From positions 29,822,001-29,886,000 of the forward strand of contig OX597838.1 of assembly GCA_951406725.2 (NCBI GenBank): a stretch of DNA of 64,000 nt, given 5' to 3'. The position numbers and the translations under genes were made by a program. Origin of the DNA: Octopus vulgaris. Lineage: Eukaryota. How positions within the stretch are numbered: the first letter of the stretch is position 1; each line of letters begins with the position of its first letter. A model generated the notes under the pieces. The model did no database searches. It saw only the letters and a list, made by a program, of their open reading frames with translations, and was not told the origin of the DNA. This document shows positions 38,325 through 52,431 of the stretch, piece by piece.

Positions 38325-39135
38325 CACATATATGTATGTATACACACACATATATGTATGTACATACACATATATGTATGTACACACACATATATGTATG
38401 TACACACACATATATGTATGTACACACACATATATGTATGTACACACACATATATGTGTGTGTACACACACATATATGTGTGTGTACACACACATATATG
38501 TATGTACACACACACATATATATATGTACACACACATATATGTATGTACACACACATATATGTATGTACACACACATATATGTATGTACACACACATATA
38601 TGTATGTACACACACATATATGTATGTACACACACATATATGTATGTACACACACATATATGTATGTACACACACACACATATATGTATGTACACACACA
38701 TATATGTATGTACACACACATATATGTATGTACACACACATATATGTATGTATACACACATATATGTATGTGTACACACATATATGTATGTACACACACA
38801 TATATGTATGTACACACACACATATATGTATGTACACACACATATATGTATGTACACACACATATATGTATGTACACATATATATATGTACACACACACA
38901 TATATGTATGTACACACACATATATGTATGTACACACACACATATGTATGTACACACACATATATGTATGTACACACACATATATGTATGTACACACACA
39001 CATATATGTATGTACACACACATATATGTATGTACACACACACATATGTATGTACACACACACATATGTATGTACACACACACATATATGTATGTACACA
39101 CACATATATGTATGTACACACACACATATATGTAT
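38325..39135. repeat. 20-bp tandem repeat (TACACACACATATATGTATG)n, about 40 units
   Basis: Direct reading; 20-bp period visible line to line. Confidence 0.95.
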
Positions 39136-39196
39136 GTATCTGTGGCTTAGATGTTATGTTTGACAATTATAATTTCAGACAGCTTTGTGCTAACAA

Positions 39197-39227
<31 letters not shown>

Positions 39228-39838
39228 AGCATACATATGTTTATACGCACACACACATATACACATACGCGCACCTGTTATAATGTATGTATGTATATTG
39301 TGTTTATGCATATACGCGCGCACTGATGCATTGTGTTGTAATGTTTGTGTCTGTGTTGCCCTTGTGGCGAATAAAGCTGCTGCTACTAGTTCTACTGCTG
39401 CTGCTGCCGCGGCTGCTGCTGCTGCTGCTGCTACTCATTATCGTCATGCTTTCGATGTTATAGATCCTGTCGGCTTTGCTGATGATGATGATGATGGCAG
39501 AGGCCAGGTTGGCGGTGGGGGGGGGGAGGAAAGCGAGATGAGCAAAATTCCATCAAGGTTAAAAGAGAAACACCTAACACCTATCGATGCCTTGCACACT
39601 TAGTCTCTCTCTTTCTCCACACAAAGCTCTATCTCTCATCAGCTCTATCTCTCTCTCTCTCTCTCCTTTCTCCACACAAAGCTCTATCTCTCATCAGCTC
39701 TCTCTCCTTCCACACACACAGCTCTCTCTCTGTTTTTACTTATCTCTCTCTCTCTCTCTCTGTCTGTCTTAGCTACATAGCTCTGTCTGTCTCTCTCTTT
39801 CTCCACACAAAGCTCTATCTCTCATCAGCTATCTCTGT

Positions 39839-39893
<55 letters not shown>

Positions 39894-40794
39894 CTTAGCT
39901 ACATAGCTCTGTCTTCATCTCTCTCTCTGTCTCTCTCTCTACTTATATACAGAACCTTGGTAGATGGCGATGATGGTGTTCGAGGTAGGATTTAGAAAGA
40001 AGACATAGCAAAGCTATATGGCTTCGAATAATGTGAAACAACAACAACAACAACAATAATAAAAGGATGATAATCTCTCTCTCTCACACACACGCATCTC
40101 AGAAATGCTAAACATCTCGGTTTTATCTCACACCTTAGTAGTTATGGTGGAAATTTTGTGTGGGAAGTGGTAATCGTTCTCCTACTATGTAAGTTTACAT
40201 ACACACGTATGGGTATACATGTGTGTATGTATATGTGTGTGTCTGAATATCATGAATAAAAAATCACCTTTTTGAAGAATTAGTACGCACGGGTGCTAAG
40301 GTTTCTTGTCATATGCACACACACGTGTGTGCATGAATATGTATGTATATATATGTGTGTGTGTGTGTGTATTTTATGGTTCAAATTTTTTTATCTTTTG
40401 AAGAGTTTGAACTTGGTGTATAGCTAAGAATTTTGTCATCTATCTACCTACCTACCTATCTACCTACCTATCTATCTACCTACCTACATATCTATCTATC
40501 TATCTACACACACACACGCTTATTCTTTTCTTTTACTTGTTTCAGTCATTTGACTGCGGCCTTGCTGGAGCACCGCCTTATATATAAACACACACACACA
40601 TCATCATTTAACGTCCGTTTTTTTTATGCTTGCATGGGTTGGACGGTTTGACTGAAAACTGGTAAGCTGCGGTGGGAGCGGGGCTGCGCTAGGTTCCAAT
40701 CAAACACACACACACACACACTATATATATATAGACATACACATACACACACACATATATACATACATACATATATATATACATACATCTATAG

Positions 40795-40829
<35 letters not shown>

Positions 40830-41730
40830 CATATACATACATATATATATGTATACATACATACATACATATATCTATACATATATATACATACATACAT
40901 ATATATATGTATACATACATACATATACATACATACATGCATATATATTTGTGTGTGTATATATTTAAACGCACATTGTTTTTTCTTTTATTTTGATTTC
41001 GTTTTCTCTTTGGAATCATTTGGTTTTTACTAATAAAATCTTCACATCCATGGCTGCTGATATCCAACAAAATAAATCAAGCGAAATCGCAAGTAATTTT
41101 TCTAAAAATGGAATTTTGGATATTAATTGGAAGGAAGATAAAGAAAGAAATATAAATCGTTTCTTGGTTATCGATCCTAAGATATTACTGGTATCTTGAC
41201 AAGACGTGGGAACCACAACACGGTCAGTTGGTTTGCTAGGAAATAGCAGCGGAATTAGTGGATGAGAAAAGGACGTGGTTGAATGATGCAGTCTTCAATA
41301 GACTGTCTGGAGAAAAGGACAGTGATCTGAAGTGACCAAGGGCCGAATAACCACCACCATCATCATCATCATCATCAGCTACAAGTTAAGATGAAGTTGC
41401 AATGCAGACTGTTAGAATTAGTGGCCAAAACTCTTTGAGATCAAACCTTGAGGAAGGATACTTAAGGAAATGTATTTCTTGATGCACTGTGTATGGGTGG
41501 TGGGGGGGTGACAGAACAGGATGATCATGTCTGCCTTTCATCATGTGTCTGTTCGTTCTGGACTGGTTTGGGGTTAAACAATGATGGTTGTATATTATTA
41601 TTATTAAGGTGCCGAGCTGGCAGAGTTGTTAGAATGCTGGGCAAAATGCTTGGCAGCTTTTTGTCTGTTTCATGTTCAAATTCTGTTGAGGTTGACTTGA
41701 TCTTTCATCCTTTCAGGGGTCAATAAATTA

Positions 41731-41890
41731 CCATATTTTAACGTGTATAAGGAACCCTTTTTTGTTGAAAATTAGGTTAAAAAAAATATGGGTGTTTCTT
41801 ACACATGGATATTATACTCCCTTACAAAATCTTTTTTCCAAATTTTCAGCCCCCAAAATTAGAGGGTTCCTTATACACGTTAAAATGCAG
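41731..41890. mobile_element. pogo/Tigger-like MITE inside an old Meta-like SINE
   Basis: TA TSD; TIR ATTTTAACGTGTATAAGGAACCC / GGGTTCCTTATACACGTTAAAAT. Confidence 0.75.
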
Positions 41891-43396
41891 TAAGTGCCAG
41901 TGAAACACTGGGGTCGATGTAACTGCCTAGTCCCCTCCCCACAAATTTCAGGCCTTGTGCCTTTAGCAGAAAGGGTTATTATTAAAGTGGCAAGCTGGCA
42001 GAACCGTTAGCACGCAGGGCAATATGTTCAGCATGTTTTCATTTGTCTTTACATTCTGAGTTCAAATTCTGCTGAGGTTGCCTTTACCTTTCATCCGTTT
42101 TGGATCATTAAAATAAATACCAGCTGGACACTGGGGTCGATATAATCGACTGTACCCCTCTTCTCCTGAAGCTGCTGGCCTTGTGCCAAAATTTGAAACC
42201 ATTATTATTATTGTCACTTTGTATGGTTCTTTATGTTCTGAGTTCGAATTCTGCTGAGGTCGACTCTTCCTTTCATCCTTTTGGGGGTTGATGAAATGTG
42301 TACCAGTCAAGTACTAGGGTTAATGTCATTGACTAGCCCCACCCCATAAAGGTTCTAGTCTTGTGTCAAAATTTGGAATTAGCATTATTATTATTATTCT
42401 TTTCTACTCTAGGCACAAGACCTGAAATTTTGGGGGAGGGGGTTGATGGCCACTCAATTAGATCGATCCCAGTATGCAACTGGTACTTAATTTATCGACC
42501 TTGAAAGGATGAAAGGCAAAGTCGACCTTGGTGGATTTTGAACTCAGAACATGAAGACAGATGAAATACCACTACGCATTTTGCCAAGCATGCTAACATT
42601 TCTGCCAGCTCACTGCCTTATTATTATTACAATGGATAATGAAGAGGTATAGATGTGGCTGTGTGGTTGGAAGTTCACTTCTCAACCACATGGTTTCAAG
42701 TTCAGCCCCCACTCTGTGGTACCTTGGGCAAGTGTCTTCTAGCCTCAGTCTAACAAAAGGTCTTAAGAGTGAAAAAAATCTGGCAGAAATTGAAAGAAAC
42801 CTGTGTGTGTGTGTGTGTATTACTGTCTCCTTGCCTTGATATTGCGTAATAGTTGTAAACGAGTGTCACTGTCATACAAGCAGTGTTGTTCGATTCCATT
42901 TCTTCAGTGGAAACCAGTCTGGCCAAAGGGAGCGGGGGAAAGCATTACCTTATTTGGAAACAGGTGAGGGTTGATGACAGGAAGGGCATCCAGCTGTAGA
43001 TACTCTACTTCAACCAATTCTGTCCGACACATGCAAGCATGGAAAAAATGGACGTTAAAACAATGACGAATGGAAAGCTAAGCTACACTTCATAGGATTT
43101 GGATTAGAGCCGTAAAAGAAAGATTAACAACCGCCTGGTATTTATTTCCGTCTGCTGTTTAACCATTCTGGCTATCACTGCCACATTCTCCGATACAACA
43201 GGGATGATGATGATGATGGCTACGTAAATAACTGCGTTTGTCTTTAGAATTCTTGAAGCGATTATGGTAGGAATCAGAAGCATTGATGCCTTTTCGAAAA
43301 GATTTTTAAATAAACAAAGGATTTCTTCAGTTTGAACAACGAAGAGATGAAATATGTCCTATTATATTACTGGTATATATATATATATTATATAGA

Positions 43397-43577
43397 GATC
43401 GTTAGCCACTACAAACATTTTTTTTTCTCTCCTTGTTTTTTTCTGTGTCCCTTTCTGTAGAAGAGCGTAGGCTCGAAACGTAAAAGACTTTTTCTATTCC
43501 TGAGCGTTATACTAATACATCTGTTTGTTTTGTACACCACCTGTCTTCGTCTTTTGTTTTTTTCGTAAACTCTCCCT
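43397..43577 (+). mobile_element. Penelope-type short repeat (family P2) with variant minimal HHR at 43451-43486
   Basis: CTTT-CTGTAGA-A-GAGC-gtag-GCTC-GAAAC-GTA-AAAG; embedded in (TA)n; second copy at 60102-60288. Confidence 0.65.
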
Positions 43578-43835
43578 ATATATATATATATATATTTGAT
43601 TTTTTTTGATTTTGATTTTTCCAGTTTCAGCTAATGAGCTGTGGCCATGCTGGGGCACCGCCATTTATATATATATATATATATATATTAAGAACATTCT
43701 GGATTTTGTTCTAAGATTAAGTTTCATTGATTAGTTTATATTGGAGATAATCATATAGATTGGTTATAGATTTTTGTTTCATCTCTCTCTCTGCATGTAT
43801 ATATATGTATGTATGTATATATATTTCTTTGATAT

Positions 43836-43948
43836 AATGAACTGAAATGGCTTTACTGATAATTTTTCCACTTTAATAATTAGATAAACTTATAAACATC
43901 TCATTATTAAAGTGGGAAAAATGATCAGAAAAGCCATTTCTATTCATT
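43836..43948. repeat. Short inverted repeat / hairpin (MITE-like)
   Basis: GAAATGGCTTTACTGATAATTTTTCCACTTTAATAAT pairs with ATTATTAAAGTGGGAAAAATGATCAGAAAAGCCATTTC. Confidence 0.7.
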
Positions 43949-44417
43949 TGTTCAAATATATATAGTACCGTACCAAGGACTTCCTGTTTCTTACTCTACT
44001 ATATATATATGTGTGTGTATATGCCTAGTTACCTATTCTACGTGTTAGTTTAAATATACAGGCACAGGTATACAGTATTTGATTATTCTTTGTTTCTGTG
44101 AGCGTTTGTGTATATATTTGTATATATATATATATTTAGCATTTCTTTCATTGAACTGTGGCCATGCTGGGGCACAGCCGTAAAACAATTTAGTCGAACA
44201 AATCGTCCCTAGTACTTATCTTTTAAAAATTCCTTTTAAAAGCATCTACGTGCATACATATGTATGTGTATTTATGTTGATATATATATATATATATACA
44301 CACTGTACAATGGAGGTGTGAACAGGCAAGCAACAGGTATCTGTTTAGATCCTGGCATTTATCTATAATTGCTGAGTTGTTACAATTGGGTAGATCATAA
44401 TAAAAAGGTTGTGTATG

Positions 44418-44463
<46 letters not shown>

Positions 44464-44509
44464 TATTATATAATACATGTCTATATATTGTATATATATT
44501 ATATATATA

Positions 44510-44785
44510 GGTATAGGAGTGGCTGTGTGGTAAGTAGCTTGCTTACCAACCACATGGTTCCGGGTTCAGTCCCACTGCGTGGCACCTTGGGCAAGCATCT
44601 TCTACTATAGCCTCGGGCCGACCAAAGCGTCTTGAGTAGATTTGTTAGATGGAAACTGAAAGAAGCTCGTCGTATATATGTATGTGGATGTATATGTTTG
44701 TGTGTCTGTGTTCGTCCCCCCCCAACATCGTGTGTCTGTGTTCACGCCCCCGTAACTTAATGGTTCGGCAAAAAGAGACCAATAG
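44510..44785 (+). mobile_element. 3'-truncated CORE-type SINE
   Basis: Family similarity. Confidence 0.85.
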
Positions 44786-45902
44786 AAGACTTGGATGAAA
44801 GCATCAAATATATATGAAAACAAGGGTGGACAAACAAGATGTTACACAAATATAAATACAAAATACAATAAAAATAATAATAATAATAATAATAACAACA
44901 GGCGTCTTTCGACTTGGGACGAATTGAATTCAGCTGGCGTGTGTGGAAATGAAGCTCTATGGCTTACAATGATGTAGGAGAGCATATAAACTCCAACAAA
45001 AGAGAACAGGATAGATTCATGATCAAAATTATCCGTTTGGTGCTTAGAGAAGTGGAAAGAGTCAATGATGGTGCTTTGGACATTGTCTGTCTTTGGAGTG
45101 AAAAAGTGGATGGTAAACCACCCGAAATTGGAAGAAAAATATCCAATGGAGAATTGCCAACATGTGTTGCTTGTCTGCACGGTTGACATGTTAATTAGAC
45201 GAGTTTTACAAAGTTAAATGAACTGGAATTAACTGTGTAAAACAAACATAACACACAACAAATGGCTGGTTAGATCAATATCTGGCAGTAAAATGAAGTT
45301 TTGGATGCTGTCTGTAATGCTGCAGTGTGTCTGTGGCCAAGAGAGCTTAATTCCCTACGGCTGAGTCTACCCAGCTGTAAATAGGTAATACATTGTGTGT
45401 AGTTTATTACTGTAAGCTGCACTGATTGCACTGAAATTGTTTCACTGGCTTTCTCTGCTGAGTTCAGTTCCTCTGGTGAGCATCAGTTTATGAAAGACTA
45501 GCTTCCTATCCTGGTTGAGATTTATTTCTCTTTCACTTAACATTGTTGAAAACCAGTTAGTTACTACTCTTTGGATGCAGGTTGTTTGGAAATGTCGTGT
45601 AAATGTGAAAATAAATATCTTTGTGATGAGAATAGCTTGAAATATCATCTTAAGTCCTTTTAGATAGTTAAACATAAAAAAAAAAAAAAAAAATTAGCTA
45701 ATTCTTTCGATACCAGCCTGTGTAAAATTATCCTTCTTCTTTAATACATAGTTCCATTCTAAAGTGTTGTATTTACATTAAAGCCATTTCTGTAATTTTT
45801 ATTCCAATGGTATTTGGAACAAAGCTTGAGAAAAGAGAAATGAATATTGGTATATTAAACTGGTGTTTGGAACCCGAAAGAACACTTGTATATTAAGATG
45901 GT

Positions 45903-46017
45903 TATTTACATCTTGTTTGTTGTTTACACAACATTTCGGTTGATATACCCTCCAGCCTTCATCAGGTGTCTTGGGGAAATTTCGAACCTGGGTTCTCATT
46001 CCTAAGGTATTTTTCGA

Positions 46018-46052
<35 letters not shown>

Positions 46053-46298
46053 TCACTGCCTGGAATCGAACTTGGAATCTTGGGGTTTAGTAGCCTGTGC
46101 TCTTAACCACAATGCCATATGCCTGTGGGCAATTATGGAGTGAATTTTAGGGCTTATAAATCTAATATTTTCATATCTTGAATGCTGGAAGATATATCAG
46201 CCGAAATTTTGTGTTAACAACAAACAAGATGAAGACAAATATCTGTCTAATGTAAATAATGTATATAATTCCTCATCTTTCAAAATATAGAACTGTAT
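45903..46298 (-). mobile_element. tRNA-headed, hammerhead-containing retroelement (family P3) with 14-bp TSD
   Basis: TSD TATATTAAGATGGT at 45889-45902 and 46299-46312. Minus-strand A box TGGCATTGTGG (46107-46117), B box GTTCGATTCC (46062-46071), (AAT)n and HHR (45926-45969); inverted partial copy of the HHR tail at 46183-46295. Confidence 0.75.
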
Positions 46299-47552
46299 TA
46301 TATTAAGATGGTGTTTGGAACAGTTTCTTAGGATATACATATATGTATATATATATATATAAAGTATGAGTGTGCCTTTTATATCACTGTATAAGTCTTG
46401 TATCATAAAAATCATCTTAATATACCAAAATATATTTGTTTTTTTGTTATATTTCGGAATGGTCATTTTATCAGTTTAGCCAATAAATGGCAAAATGACC
46501 ATTCCGAAATATAACAATATCTGTTTCAACACAAGACTTCACTTAAAAAATCTTGCACAACAAATATATTTGTTTTTTGTTACATTCGAATCACCTTCTT
46601 AATAATGAACAAATTAATTTTATTAAATTCCTACAAATTCTTGATAATTTTTGAAGACCTGATTGAAACGATGTAGAAGGTTGTAACAAGTCAGAAAATA
46701 TCCTCAACAAAGGGTTTAGCAGACAAACGTCCAGGTGTCTGCATTCAAGGATTTGTAACAGAGGACATAGTTTTATCTAAATAGAGAACTGGTGTTGTCA
46801 AAGGCATTGGACAAAGGGTGTTGTGGCATATTTTTCCCAGTGTTTTGCAGTCTGAGTTCAATTCCCGCTGAGATCAACTTTACCTTTTATTCTCCTTGTT
46901 TGTGGCAGGAGGGATGGGGGAGAGGGAGGGTGTTTCTAAAGTGCACCAGCCGAGGATGGTGGACTTGCGGAACCATTGACCCATTGGATTTCATGGTATA
47001 TATTTCACCACTTTGCATGCCGAGTTCAAATCCCATCATAACCAACTTTGCTTGTATTCCAAGATCAACTTTGCCTTTCTTTCTCCTCATTGTTGGGGTG
47101 GAGGTCGATAAAGTACACCAGCCCAGGATGGTGGTCTTGTGGAAACATTAAGCCATCGGACTAAATGTTTTACGATATTACTTTCAGCTTTTTGTGTTCA
47201 GAGTTCAAATCCAATGTGTCTGATAGACAACCTGCTGCCTGGTTTAACACCCCCACCTGCTATCTTTGGGTACCTTTAGTAGAGTCCATTTATTTTATTT
47301 CTTTATTTTTCTTTTTTTTTTTTTTTTGGTGCAGCCATCTGGTTCGCCAGCCCTCAGTCAAAATCGTCCAACCCATGCTAGCATGGAAAGCGGACGTTGG
47401 ATGACATTGATGATGATGATATAAGTGTTTAAGTTGAGCTTCCAATTCAAAGATACCTCCTTCCTTTCCTCCCTCCCTCCCTCCCATGTTCCTTCTAGAT
47501 TTGGAGGTTCCGGAAAGGGTCAGGAGTTCTGCCCCTCCTTCCTGACTAAAGC

Positions 47553-47591
<39 letters not shown>

Positions 47592-47856
47592 CAAAACAAA
47601 AAAAAAGCCGTGCTTTTTAATTAGCAAAACAAGAAGGAAAAAGGTGGGAGCAAACAAAGCCTCGATGAGTTTGGTGGGTGAGAAAAAAGAGTGAAACAAA
47701 ATGACACAGGATGATGCAAGCCTGAAGACTGCTGGTTAAACAAGACACTCGTCTAACAAGGTGTTTGGTGTTCAGGGCTTGACTTGTTGAAATTCTAGAT
47801 TTTACTTTGATGACTTGCAAATATGCACCCGCTGATTACTTTTATTATTGTTATTG

Positions 47857-47887
<31 letters not shown>

Positions 47888-48109
47888 AGGTATTATTGTT
47901 GGTATTGTTCAGGGGGGTGACGCAAAGCAAGCAGCAAGTACCTCCCACCGCAACCAGTTCATTTGTTGACATTGTGCACACACAGACACACACACACACA
48001 CACACAAATGTATATGTAAATATATTCATGCATACACTTATGTAAATAACATTTACACACACACACACACACACATGCACTTAACCCACATCCTTTGTGT
48101 GTGTGTGTG

Positions 48110-48132
48110 TGTGTATATATACATATATATAT

Positions 48133-48177
<45 letters not shown>

Positions 48178-48232
48178 CATATATACATACATACATATAT
48201 ACATACATACATATATATATATACATATATAC

Positions 48233-48321
<89 letters not shown>

Positions 48322-48470
48322 CACATACATATATATATACACATACATACATATATATATACATATATATATACATATATATATACATATATATATACAT
48401 ATATATATACATATATATATACATATATATATACATACATATATACATACATATATATATACATATATAT

Positions 48471-48515
<45 letters not shown>

Positions 48516-48521
48516 CATACA

Positions 48522-48562
<41 letters not shown>

Positions 48563-48802
48563 ATATACATACATATATATATACATACATATATATATAC
48601 ATACATATATATATACATACATACGTATATATATATATACATACATACATACATATATATATACATACATACATACATATATATATACATACATACATAC
48701 ATATATACATACATACATACATATATACATACATACATACATATATATATACATACATACATACATATATACATACATACATACATATACATACATACAT
48801 AC

Positions 48803-48838
<36 letters not shown>

Positions 48839-48845
48839 ATACACA
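48110..48845. repeat. (TA)n/(TACA)n compound microsatellite
   Basis: Direct reading. Confidence 0.95.
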
Positions 48846-49819
48846 TATAAACACACGCCCACAATACATACAATACGGACATTACACCTGTATATTCATC
48901 CGGTATCTGTGTGTGTGTGTGTGTATATATATGTATATATATGCACACACACATACATGTGTTGGCAATGCAATTTATACAAATTGCTCTCTACTTCTCC
49001 TCCCACTCTCACCTTTTGGGAAATTTTTCAAACAAAAAACCCACAATGACGACGGTGGTGGTGGGTTGAGCAAAAGAGGATCGTCTGACAGACAAGGAAA
49101 CTCTTTATTTTTCTTAAATTTCATTCTATTTTATCCAAATAGAGTAAACCCCCACCTCCTTCCTTCTCCTCCCCACCTCTACCCGGACCTTCCGTTTTAT
49201 TTGGTTGCTGAGCTTATCATTTTGATCCTTTACCAACTTAAATCCCCGTCGTCGCCGCCCTGCTTATCCGGGGAATGGGTGTTTGGGTACCTTAGAAGTC
49301 AAAGAAATCTTTGGGATTTTTTCAAATTTTTTTTTTTTTCCTTCAATTAGATGCAATCAACTAGTCTTGACTTCTCTTGTCTGTCTGTGTGTCATCAAAT
49401 AGCTTAATAGAGTCCATGTTTTTTTTTTTTTTTGCTCGTCTTGATTATTTTATTTTATTTTGTCAATTTTTTTTTTCGAAATCTGGTTTATTACCAACTG
49501 GTGGTTCGGGGAGTGGTGTGGTAACGCCTGTATTAAAAAAGAAAACAAATAAAAAAAAAAAAGCAAGGATAAAGAAAAAAGAAAACAACTCATGAATAGT
49601 TAAAATATTTTGTCTTAGAAAGAAAAAAAAAAACGTCCGCTATTCATTTTTATATTTTTGATAAAAAAAAAAGCAGGAAAAAAATAAAATTTGTTTTGTT
49701 TTCGTTTATAAATAATTAATTCCATGGATTTATAGAATTTTGAGTAAAAATAAGAATATATTGATGCTTCTAATTTTAGACACATTCAGAATCTTAAAAT
49801 AAAATATGTGTACATATGG

Positions 49820-50127
49820 GCAGAGGAGTGGCTGTGTGATAAGCTTGCTTCCCAACCACATGGTTCTGGGTTCAGTCCCACTGCATGGCACCTTGGGCAT
49901 GGGGGTCAAAATATATATATATATATATGTATGTATTTGTGTCTGTGTTTGACCCCCACCATCGCTAGACAACCGATGTGTTTGCGTCCCCGTCACTTAA
50001 AATGAGATCGCTAGAATAAGTACTAGGCTTACAAAGAATAAGTCCTGGGGTCGATATATTCGACTAAAGGTGGTGCTCCAGCATGGCTGCAGTCACATGA
50101 CTGAAACAAGTAAAAGAATAAAAGAAT
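49820..50127 (+). mobile_element. Internally deleted CORE-type SINE (further fragments at 50450-50732 and 50968-51172)
   Basis: Family similarity. Confidence 0.8.
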
Positions 50128-52187
50128 ATATTGAGATGAGAAAAAAAAATATATATAAAAATAAAAGTAAGGGAACTGTAATTACAACAAAAAAATGTTG
50201 GGATATCCATGCTCCCCCCTATTCTTTCTTGTCCCCTTATCAAATGTACTAGTGAGGTGAAAGTAGTTCCTATATAGAAAGACTTTTACCCCCCCCCACA
50301 GTTGTTGCTCTGCCCATCTTCCTTTGACCATGTTCTGTAATACAGGGATAGGGATCTCCTGCGTTATGGAAATTCTGGATATGGTTATTGATTCCTCTTC
50401 AGAAAAAAAAAAAATTCTATAGAAATGCAATTTACCATATTTTTTTGGTAACCAAGGCTTTGTGACTAGATTTGGTAAACGGAAACTGAAAGAAGCCCAT
50501 CGTATGTGTGTGTGTGTGTTTTTGTCTTTGTTTGTCCCCCACCACTTCTTGATATCCGGTGTTGGTTTGCTTACATCCCTGTAATTTAGCAGTTCATCAA
50601 AAAACACAGACAGGATGGGTACCTTATTTAAAGAAAAACAGAAAGTACTGGGGTTGATTTGTTTGACTAACCTTTCAAGGTGATGCTCTAGTATGGCCAC
50701 AGTCCAGTGACTGAAACAGTTAAAAGATAAAAGGCTTCATCATCATTTAGGAACTTGGTGTGACCCCTGACGTTGCCAGCTCTTGTCAAGCCATCCAACC
50801 CATGCCAGCATGGAAAACAGATGTTAAATGATGATGATGATGATGACGACAATGATTGTCAATGTTTGCAAGGGTCAGGCAGGTTTTGTTGAGACAGATT
50901 TTCTATGTCTTAATGCCTTTCCTGTTGCCAACACTTCACCTGTTTCCAAGCAAAGTAATAAAATGTATTTGTGTGTCTGTGTTTGTCCCCACAACATCGC
51001 TTGACAACCGATGCTGGTGTGTTTACGTCCCCGTAACTTAGCAGCTTGGCAAAAGAGACCAACAGAATAAGTACTAGGCTTACAAAGAATAAGTCCTGGT
51101 GTCGATTTGCTCGACTAAAGGTGGTGCTCCAGCATGGCCACTGTCAAATGACTGAAACAAGTAAAAGAGTAAGTTCAAAGATTATTCATATTGTCGTGAC
51201 TTATCCAGGTATTGTTTCATAGCTTTGAGATTTCAATGATATTGTCCATTTCTAGAGTGGCATTGTAGGGTAGGTGTAAGAGGCTAGACCTGGCCAGTTT
51301 GAACTTAAAAACAAGGGGCGTATTTGGGCTGGATATGACTGGTTTTAACGCTGAAGGGTTAATGTACATAGCTTCTGTACTGGTTCATCTTTGTTGGAGA
51401 TGGTTTGTGATTAAAGACCAAGCTCATGTTGGTATTTTTCATGAAATGGTTTTGTCTTCAATGTATTTACATTAACGTACTTGAACAACTAAAATGTAAC
51501 TGCAGCATATTTCGCCTTTAACCACTGAACAAGCTCAACCCACAACCAATTCCCCCGTTACCGACCGAACAAGCTGAAATCAACAAGTGGATTGCTTGCA
51601 TCGGTCTCAAGCTTTCGTTGCTTTCATCGGACTGGCTAAACCTGCAGGCAATTCGCTCTGCAAGTTTAGCTTGTTTCTTCCTTCTCGTTTTGAATCTTTC
51701 TTGGTCTATCTGCCACCCACCATTGTTTGCTGCTGGCCAGTTGATGTAGTGATGTCAGGTCTGACTTCATTTGCAGCCACTCCTCTCTCTCCTTTCCCTC
51801 AGCACTCTCCTACGCACACACATTTATATATGAATATATACATATATACAAATGAGTAGGTGAATGAATGAAAGAAAATTGTACTGAAAGCAGCTGGAGT
51901 TATTAATAGCCATGTTAACTCAGCACTCAAAGTTAGTTTTGAAGGTGTAAAAATGCAACTGTTTCCTCTGGTGGGTGGGTGTATATATGTGTGTGTGTGT
52001 GTGTGTGTGGCTGTGTGGTTAAGAAGTTTGCTTGCTAATCACGTAATTTCAATTTCGGTTCCTCTGTGTACTATCTTGAACAAGTATTTTCTATTATAGC
52101 CATAGGCCAACCAAACCTTTTGTGAGTAAATAATATATAATTATGTAACCCATGTTAGTATGGGAGATAGACATGAAATCGTGTGCT

Positions 52188-52225
<38 letters not shown>

Positions 52226-52228
52226 AAA

Positions 52229-52431
52229 ATGTGACCGCATGTGTACCGTTGGCGATGTTTTTCCCTCTGTCTTCCCTTCTCTGGATCTTTCCTATGTTTC
52301 TGATGAAGAGCTCCGCTCGAAACGTTAAACCCTCCTTCTTTCCTTCTTTCCTGAGCGTCCAATAATACTATATTTGTTCCACGTCCTCGCGTTGTTGTGT
52401 TTTTTTTGTGCTTTCTTGTTTGGATTAACTA
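52229..52431 (+). mobile_element. Penelope-type short repeat (family P1) with intact minimal HHR at 52296-52330
   Basis: GTTT-CTGATGA-A-GAGC-tcc-GCTC-GAAAC-GTT-AAAC; flanked by (TA)n. Confidence 0.7.

Noticed and set aside
39151-39603. Poly-Ala/Asp/Gly ORF
   Set aside because: Built from (GCT)n, (GAT)n and G runs; no splice signals or domain.
44959-45186. 75-aa ORF MAYNDVGEH...
   Set aside because: No recognisable domain or flanking splice sites; may be an unrecognised TE remnant.
46051-46123. Functional tRNA gene (also the SINE heads at 28674 and 53337)
   Set aside because: A and B boxes are present but acceptor and anticodon stems do not pair properly, and each is embedded in a repeat.
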